Assembly (NCBI RefSeq): GCF_041956535.1
Contig: NW_027192206.1
Coordinates: 333,928-397,927, forward strand
Direction: 5' to 3'
Origin: Calcarisporiella thermophila CBS 279.70
Taxonomy: Eukaryota > Fungi > Calcarisporiellomycota
Length of the DNA: 64,000 bases
The translations under genes were made by a program, and so were the position numbers. Below, one piece after another: positions 56,480 to 64,000 of this stretch. The notes under the pieces are model-generated. The model was given only the letters and a program-made list of their open reading frames with translations, had not been told where the DNA came from and made no database searches. Position 1 is the first letter of the stretch; every line of letters starts with the position of its first letter.

Positions 56480-57620
56480 GATCGCAACCTGCTCCGAGAC
56501 TCTTTCTTCTTTCGATTATTTTGAATTGGATGCGGCGCAGCGCTGTGGAGGCATTGCCACCGTGGCGACTGGAAATCGGGCTGGATTTGCTTAGAGGGTC
56601 GACACGTTAGATTTATTAGTTTTTTTGTACCCAGCGTCCGCAACCAGCGACTGGGTGGTGGGTCCGTTTGCCCAAAAGCGGCCGACTCAAGCTTCCCCGA
56701 TAAGCCTCAAGCTCGTGATAGGGGCAACCAGCGCGGGCCGGCCTATGGGAGGCTCTAAGCTATCGAGGGCAGGCCGTGAATCAACACGGGCGGGCCCGCA
56801 ACCCCCGACCGCTTCTGCTGCCGGAGCGGCGGTGAATGGTGCGCCTGGCTCGGAGCGCTTTGTCGCACGGAATTGTATAATCCCGTGCTTGCCAAATGGC
56901 AGAACCCGACGGAGGCATTAGGAAAGAGCGCTCGGGGACGGAGGTAAGGTTAGCCTTTGCAATTGACTAGCTTGTGTAGCAATATCACATTGACAATTCG
57001 GACCAGCTGGGCCCGCTGCGGATTGTCCCAGGTTGCTAAGGGCGAGCTCGAGCTGCTCGCGGCCGTCGCGATATCGGTGGCCGTGCGGCACCGGATTTTT
57101 TTTTGGGCCAAGGGGGGGGGGGGGGCGCACAGGAGCATGGCGCCGGGGGTCTCACCTGAGGGCTGCCTCCTCCTCGGCCCAAGTCAGGAAAAAAAATTCA
57201 CCACGTGGAAACCGACAAACGTTAAGTTTTTCTGTGCGGGGAAGAGCTGCAAGTAAAAGCTAAAATCAAAAAGGGCGGGTAGCAAGCCTCTTCCCGCTTG
57301 CTTTTTCCGCCCGCGCTATTTCCTGCCGCCCTTTCCACATCATCTCCCGCCATCTCCTCACCCTCCTTCTTCTCTGTCTCGCGCCGCGCCTAATTGCCGG
57401 GCCTACGATTCCCATCCAATCTCAACCCGTGTTTACGCTTCCGCGCCTCTGTGAAATCCAACTCGCCCTGTCTTTGGAGCTTCTCGGGACAAATCCACTC
57501 GCGCCGCCATTGCTTAATCCTCTGGCCTCCCCCATTGCTTTAAAAATTCCACCGGCATTCCCTTCACTAACCACGCAGGCTAAACTGCCCACTGGAGAAG
57601 AGGTGGAGGGAGGAGGAGGG

Positions 57621-59097
57621 ATGGGGCCATCAGCACGTGCCAACGTTTCGGATGAAGGGGACCTGAGCTACTATGAGGAGAAGTACCGGAAGATGAAGAG
57701 GAAGTTGAGCGAAGTATCCAAGGTAGGTGGGCCTGACCATTGGCCTCATGCGCAGCGGTAACCTTGTTTCAACACGATTAGGAAAACGATGCGCTGACGG
57801 CCAAGCTGGAGCGAGCTCGACGGAAAGTGCACTTGCTGGTGAAGGAACGGGAGTAAGTACATGTGGGAACCATTCGATTTTGCACCAGGATTCACGGTTA
57901 GATTGAATACGCTAGATTGCTGTGCGAGCGATATTTGCGACTGATGCCCGCTGCCGAGATAGAGGGCTCCGAGAGCTCTTCTGAATCGGAGGAGGAGGGA
58001 CCGCGGCCCTCCAAAGTCGTGGAGGAATCCCCCCGCGAATCGCAGCCAAGTTCTCATAGGGAAAGCCCCCCTAAACCGGCCGCCGTCCCGGTTCGAATCG
58101 CCACCCCCCTCTCCTCTACCCCGGGCCGTCCGCAGTTGGGCTCCGAGGCATCGCCCCCACGACAGAGGCGGCAGCGCAAACCCATCGCTGGTCGAGTGCG
58201 GCGCGTGCAGCCCATAGAGCGAGACGCAACCGGGGCGTACAAGCTTCCTGCCCAGGTCGGCATCATCACCGTCTACAGCCTGGGAAAGGTTGTCTACGAC
58301 CGACCTGCTTACCACAACGCGCGCTATATTTTCCCGGTGGGGTTTCACGCGGCACGGCCGTTCATGTCCATGGTCGATCCCACCAAGACGGTGCTGTATC
58401 ACTGCGAGATTGTCGACGGCGGTGAATCCCCCAAGGTAAGGGACCCTAAAAAAGGGCCCAAAGCTCCCGCGAGGTTGAGCAGCACCGTAATCAGCTCTTG
58501 TTTTTTTTTGCAAAGTTCATCGTCACACCCGAAGATCAACGCGATTGCCCCCTCGTTGGACCCTCTGCGACGGCGGTCTGGACCGTCGCGGTGCGTGAGG
58601 CCAATGCGCTGCGCAAGCGCGAGCATTCCAACTCTGCGTCGGGGCCTGACTACTATGGCTTCACCCACCCCACCATCGCCAAGATGATCCAGGACCTCCC
58701 CAACTCGGACCGCTGCACCAACTATGTTCATCAAAACTTCGAAGAGATGCGCGAGCGCACCGCCCATGGTGTGGCGGCCGCTGCGGTCAAGAAACTGGGG
58801 AACTTGCTACGCTACGGAAGTGCAAATCGGCGCGGAACCAAATCTGGCCCCGAGGTAATGACCCTCGCTAATTTCGGCGCAAGTGCTGGGACCTATAGTG
58901 GGCATGATCCCGCATCGCAACCCATACAACCACAGAATGTGCAATACCAGCATTATCAGCTTGGAGCTAGTGCTATGGCTGAAGAGAAGAAGAATCTTGA
59001 GGAGAGGAGCGAGGAAGAAGAAGAGGAGGAGGAGGAGGAGGAGGAAGAGGAAGAAGAGGAGGAAGAGGTATATGAAATGTTGGAGGATAGCTCATAG
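57621..59097 (+). CDS. TBRG1-like FYRN/FYRC domain protein with N-terminal coiled coil
   Basis: YEEKYRKMKRKL, VYSLGKVVYDRPAYHNARYIFPVGF, YHCEIVDGGESP, SGPDYYGFTHPTIAKMIQDLPNSDRCTNY; start approximate. Confidence 0.88.
59011..59067 (+). repeat. GAG/GAA trinucleotide tract encoding poly-Glu
   Basis: Uninterrupted Glu run near the C-terminus of the TBRG1-like gene. Confidence 0.9.
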
Positions 59098-59384
59098 TTG
59101 GCCACTCCAGGATAGAACGATGCTGCTCTCATGCTCTATGTGGACTCTAATCACCCGCACTCCCCATTTTTGGCTTTCATTAATTAAATGATTTGTATTT
59201 TTTTTCCCTCCCTCCCCCCTTTGATTGTTCTTTAATTTGCCCTATAATGAGCTTCCTTTGTCTTAAGCAACTATTTATTTCTTTTACGATACTCGTTTCG
59301 GGATGAGGAATTTATTTTATAGCATTTTGTTATATATTATTTAAACAAGATATCCTTAGATGACGATATAGGGAAGGATAAATA

Positions 59385-59700
59385 TCAACAAATGAACATG
59401 GATACACTGTAGAAGAGGACGGCGCAAAAAATACGGAAGGGGGTAGCGAGGTCACTGACGGGGGATGGCTGGCCTTGAAGAATGAAGGCGGGCAAGCTAT
59501 GGAATTCGGTCCTCTTGAGAATGTCTCGGCACAAGAACAGAAACGGCGAAAAGCTTTGCATCTCCATGGAGATGCTTTCTTCAATGTTGAATTCTCCCTC
59601 GGAGCCCTCCTTAGGGAGGCACGCAGTGGTGGTTAAGGAAGCTGTGCCAGCTCTCGAAGGGGCCCTGGCCACATTGTTTGCAGGTGTTGCGAGTATTCAT
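59385..59700 (-). pseudogene. Frameshifted small ORF with a C2HC zinc-finger-like N-terminus
   Basis: TATATAAA at 59801-59808 (minus), ATG at 59700, CKQCGQGPFESWHSFLNHHC, TAA at 59611-59613 with an overlapping open frame continuing to 59385. Confidence 0.35.
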
Positions 59701-60307
59701 TGTGTTTGGAGTGGCGGTAGAAGCGGTGGTTATCTTTGGTGGTGGAGAAGAGAGTTGATATTCAACAGAAAGGCTAAAGGGGAAAAGCGGCCTTGGTCTC
59801 TTTATATAATTAGAAATTAGCTCTTGCAAATTTCTTGGAAATTTCTTGGGTCTTGGAAGTGTGGCTAGCAGCCTATCCTGGGGTGGGACTAGGGATATTT
59901 CCCAGAGAATCTCGGCCACGGTGCCTTTGTGCTGCCCGCAGCCGTTTTGCTGAGTGCCGAGCCTCTGAAGGCTGGCGGAAAGCCCCTTCCCTAGGGGGCC
60001 TCCACGTGCCAAGGCGCCAGAAAAGGAAATTTCTCTTGAGACGTGGTATTTCTAATCCGAATAGGCGCGGAAAAATGCTTGTTTGTGCCCCACCGGAATT
60101 GGGGCCCAGGGGATAGGCCCAAATTAGCCGAGCAGTTATGAAAACGTGGACAAATCCATGGTAAAATGGTGGGCAGAGAAGGCTGAAGAACCTCTATAAA
60201 AGTAGGAGAGCGGTGAAAAGGTCGCGGCCCGATCTCGGCACTCTGCTCCTTTCTCGCCACCTTGCCTTTCTAGCCTATAAGGAATCAAACCCAATCCCGC
60301 CGCTTAA

Positions 60308-61074
60308 TTAATCTCCAATCCGATCTCTTATAATAACCATTCCCTCTTCAATAACAATATCAAAAGTGCATCCCAAACTCTTATGAGCAAATCTAGTGAA
60401 AGGAACAGAGAAAATAGATCTCCCATGTTGATTAAAGATGTCCCAAAACGATTTAGGATGACCATTCTTTACAACGCCAGCTAATTCCTTCAAAAAACGC
60501 GAATATGTTGTCCATTTGGTTTGAAGGACAAAGAGGCCTTTCTCATTGACCCAACGAGGGTCGGAGCCTTGTAACTAGTAATAGCAAACAGATTGATATC
60601 GTCCCTAGCAAAACTCGCCAACTGCCAAAACCCCTCTATGACAATTGCCGGTACTCCAATTTTAATACCACCACGCCTAGCATGGTTTGGGGATTTTATT
60701 TATCAAATACATTGGGTTTCAATAGGAGATATTAGATAAACCCTGTCAATGGCTTCATTTCCATCGATGGTCTTCTCCACTTCCACGGAAAATTGTAGAA
60801 GCTCCTCGTATGACTCCTTGTTAGCAGCCATTTCTTGGCTCCAATCGATTGAATCCGTACATTTTATTATTTTCTAACCTTATATTAACCAATCAAGTAG
60901 CCTCTTGGCTTCATAGAACACTTCGTCCCTAATGTATTGTAATGGTAAACTATCCAACTACCTTACTTGAAATAGGCTTGACATACGTATCAAACCTACC
61001 TCCATGACCATGGGGGCAAATGGGGTGTTTGCTTTTGGATTTGGTGAGCCCGATGGGTCATGCTTCTAAATCAT
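60308..61074 (-). pseudogene. Decayed intronless ~250-codon ORF of unknown origin
   Basis: One frame with six stops and a frameshift near 60493, protein-like composition. Confidence 0.4.
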
Positions 61075-61690
61075 TAAGCCACACTTGATTCTCCCTTATT
61101 TCCCCTATTTTTCCTATCCCGGGGAAAAGGAGGAGCAGATCATAAGAATAATAAAATGGTAAGCACTTATATGAATATTCTCTTTTTCTAATTTCTCTTC
61201 TTCTCTTTATTCCTCCATGCGCGGATGTGGAGATGTTTCTGAGTAAGATCCGAAGCTATGCAAGGTATCTCTGCTTGAAATGGCGTGTTTTAACAGCACT
61301 GAGGATTTGGGTTGCATTCGAACTTAAAGATTTACACCCTTCCCCCCCCCCTCTACTTGCAAACTCTCTACATCACATATCGACTTGTAGAGGGTAGCTT
61401 CACTAACTCAGTATTGAGGATGATCATACAGCCGTTACCACTAACATTCTATCCGCGAGAAAGAATGAAAGTCTTGTCCAGGAACTCTGAATTTCAGATG
61501 TGGAAATGCGTTAAATAAAGAGCTGGTCTGACTGCACCTCTGTCTATGAAGCTCTAGATTCTTGATTTTAGCTTCAAATACAGATCTTACTGCAAATTAG
61601 GCCTTACTTACTGCATCCATTATCTAGATTGCTTCCCTCTAATGCGCCCCATGGCTTATAAGAGCAAAAAAATTCGAGTGTAGGAAAGAG

Positions 61691-61698
61691 TATAAAAA
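61691..61698 (+). promoter_or_regulatory. TATA box of the Cys/Asp-repeat peptide gene
   Basis: TATAAAAA about 110 bp upstream of the ATG, followed by a pyrimidine-rich then C/A-rich leader and CAACCATG. Confidence 0.7.
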
Positions 61699-61802
61699 GG
61701 AGCCTGCTTTCGCCTTCCTCTCGCTTTCTTCAATATCTCTCAGCGCACTTCTTAACTACACCAAAACAGCACTACTTTCCCATCCACCTCCACCCAGCAA
61801 CC

Positions 61803-62211
61803 ATGAAGTTCATTGCCATTCTCTCAGTGTTCGTCTTCTTCGCCGCCATTTCTGCCGCTCTCAATACCGCCTCCCAGGATCTCCAGAGTCAATCTAATGC
61901 CGTTGACCTCAAGGTATTTCTTTGATACATGGGCAGGCTGTCGTTGAGTTGAATACTAAATTATTTGCGTTCACAATAATTAGAAATCAGTGGACATGGT
62001 GAAGCGATGGGATGATTGCTGCCAAGACGATTGTTGCAACGACAATTGTTGCGATGATAACTGCTGCCACGACGATTGCTGCGACGATGACTGTTGCCAC
62101 GATGACTGCTGCCACGACGATTGTTGCGATGATGACTGCTGCCACGACGATTGCTGCGATGATGATTGTTGCCACGATGATTGCTGCGATGATGACTGTT
62201 GCAACTGCTAA
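61803..62211 (+). CDS. Secreted prepro-peptide (112 aa) with 13 xD(D/N)CC repeats; metallothionein-like
   Basis: Exon 1 61803-61913 (signal peptide MKFIAILSVFVFFAAISAA), phase-0 intron 61914-61983, exon 2 KSVDMVKR followed by the repeat array. Confidence 0.88.
62008..62202 (+). repeat. 15-bp coding tandem repeat, 13 copies
   Basis: NNN-GAY-RAY-TGY-TGC units with mostly synonymous third-position variation. Confidence 0.95.
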
Positions 62212-63694
62212 AAGGTTGTCAAACCTCCCTTTTCTTCAACTATTTTGAAACCAGAACGAAGAGGCATTCTTTTTTCTTATTTTTGCACTTTGCATCGAAT
62301 TCCATCAAAATATTCTACTCTTATTCAATTTTATTTTTACTTTTCCTCGAATATGTTGTCCTAGCGCGACATATTAAAGAGATCAATTCAAGATCGAAAA
62401 TAAAATTTTTATCGTCTATCCCCCTACGTGCTTGAATTATGATTTCCAAGTGTTTTTTCTCTTGGAATAACAATCTGAAAGTTTGTGCTGTGCTACATGG
62501 AAGAAGAGGGTTGAATCTAGCAACGCTGCTGGCAATCGCATACATTTTAATAAGATGGTAGCTTGATATTGCGAAGAAGTTGAATGCACGACAAAAGGAA
62601 CAATGATTAATAAGGTTGCTAGAGCATGGCTTCATCTTCAACTCTGTAGGAGACCGAGCGGGCATTAGGAGCCTTCCGAACAACACAATTTAAGGGCATA
62701 TCCCGGGAAGTGGCTCTCTACGTGATGTTGAAAATGCTTATGACTTCTTCGAGCTTATTTAGAATACAGAACCTTTTGTCTCTGACCACATGTTGATTAA
62801 GTTACGTCGAAATGGATGATATGCGTAATCAACCTTAAAAAGGCCCCCCTTCCGGTCTCTCAAGCTTATCTTATTTTTGCACAAATACCTAGTACATATT
62901 TTTCCCTGAGTGGCTGACTTTAAAGAAGCCATTGACGCTATCCTGAGCATGGCTTAACCTTGGGGGTATCTACATAACATTCTTGATAGGCACATTAACC
63001 GTTATGCTCCAATCGGTCATTCAGGGGGGTTGACCTGCGAGCAATGGTAGGAGAAGTGGATGGGGGTGCGATGATGGGATGGGCCAAGAGGAGCGGCCGG
63101 CTTCGAGTCTATGGCGGTGCCTAGCCCACTTTGGGAGAAGACCAGTCTTGGAGCCAGGAATTTCCTCAGGACCGCTTGGAATCCTAACGTGAAATGGAGC
63201 CGACCACGGGCCTGTTTGTTTTCATTGGATTAATGGTTCATGTCACACAAACATACGTGCCGATCGATTGGGGAAAATGGAATTTATTTTTCAGAGCACC
63301 TTCATTTTTCTCCACCCATCTTGTACAGAAAAACAAGAATCACGTCACCGTCATCCCTCTCTCCCATCGCCATTGCTTCATTCTCTCCTTATTTTCTCCT
63401 TTTTGTTTTTGCGTGATTTGAGGGGAGAGCGCTTATGTAAATTCTCTCCTGTCACTGTTTTTCTTTTTCCCCATTTCCATTCTTTAATCACAGCTTTGAT
63501 TGATCGTCATCTCTCCGTCTTAGCATCTCCGGATTGCGATCCCTACACAGCCTAGGATCATCTAAAATAATACTATCGGTAAGCATTGTGTTGATGGAAT
63601 GCGGGCGGCGATGTTGTTTTCCTTTGCAGCAATACAGTGGAGCCTGGGTTAACATTTCTATTGTTTCATTCATCAATCCGACCCTATTAGAGAA

Positions 63695-64000
63695 ATGAGA
63701 ACACATAGAACACTATGGATAGTCGCACTTCTCGCCCTCTTGTTAATTGCAGCGGAGGCAAATATTAGTGATGGTGGCCGTAGAGTGGTAAAACGGCAAA
63801 TAACAATCCAGCTTCCCGACGAAAAGAATCCACCTCCACCCGATAAGAATCAACAAAACCCGGATAAGAATCAGCCTCCTGCCAATGGGAACGCGGGCAA
63901 TGCAGGCAACACCGGCAATAACGGTAATGCGGGTGGAGGTGCGAATGGTGGTGGGGGTGGAGGAACTGGTACTGGGGGCGGCGGCGGCGGCGGTGGAGGA
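63695..64000 (+). CDS. Secreted Pro/Asn/Gly-rich protein, 5' part; truncated by window edge
   Basis: MRTHRTLWIVALLALLLIAAEA signal peptide, VVKR|Q, PDKNQ twice, GN and poly-Gly low-complexity region; open to 64000. Confidence 0.75.
   Translation, partial: MRTHRTLWIVALLALLLIAAEANISDGGRRVVKRQITIQLPDEKNPPPPDKNQQNPDKNQPPANGNAGNAGNTGNNGNAGGGANGGGGGGTGTGGGGGGGGG

Noticed and set aside
57111-57125. Poly-G run (also one in RPS9 intron 2) as a G-quadruplex
   Set aside because: Simple homopolymers; no evidence of function
61980-62248. Alternative-frame repeat ORFs (QQSSW..., ATIIVAA..., MTAATT...)
   Set aside because: By-products of the 15-bp repeat; only the Cys/Asp frame has a spliced signal peptide, TATA box and synonymous variation

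Overview
Gene-dense, intron-rich eukaryotic DNA from a fungus, most likely an early-diverging lineage (short ~50-110 nt GT-AG introns with CTAAC/CTAAT branch points; fungal KTR mannosyltransferase and RSM25 alongside animal-like PPP1R21, EBP, NOSIP and TBRG1). About 30 protein-coding genes can be assembled by hand, mostly housekeeping (RGP1, RSM25, SPF27, IML2/TTC39, NOSIP, SAP30BP, ANTH adaptor, alpha-tubulin, CSL, ICT1, SLU7, KTR, CaMK, SED5, PPP1R21, RPL21, RPS9, hexokinase, GRR1-like, SEC31, SDR, EBP, histidine phosphatase, LENG1-like, F-BAR/SH3, TBRG1-like). Most notable observations: (1) a spliced, secreted, Kex2-processed precursor whose 67-aa mature peptide is 13 tandem xD(D/N)CC repeats (27 Cys, 29 Asp, 5 His), a candidate secreted metallothionein-like chelator or disulfide-ladder peptide (61803-62211); (2) a cryptic peroxisomal signal (stop-N-S-K-L-stop) directly behind the stop codon of an SDR; (3) an intronic box C/D snoRNA in an apparently non-coding host gene, predicted to guide 18S Gm562 (yeast numbering); (4) a GPI-anchored plant-type LRR protein whose exons are exact multiples of 72 nt; (5) perfect CSL sites upstream of the CSL gene; (6) a structured long first intron in RPS9. 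All calls come from reading motifs by eye; no database searches were run.
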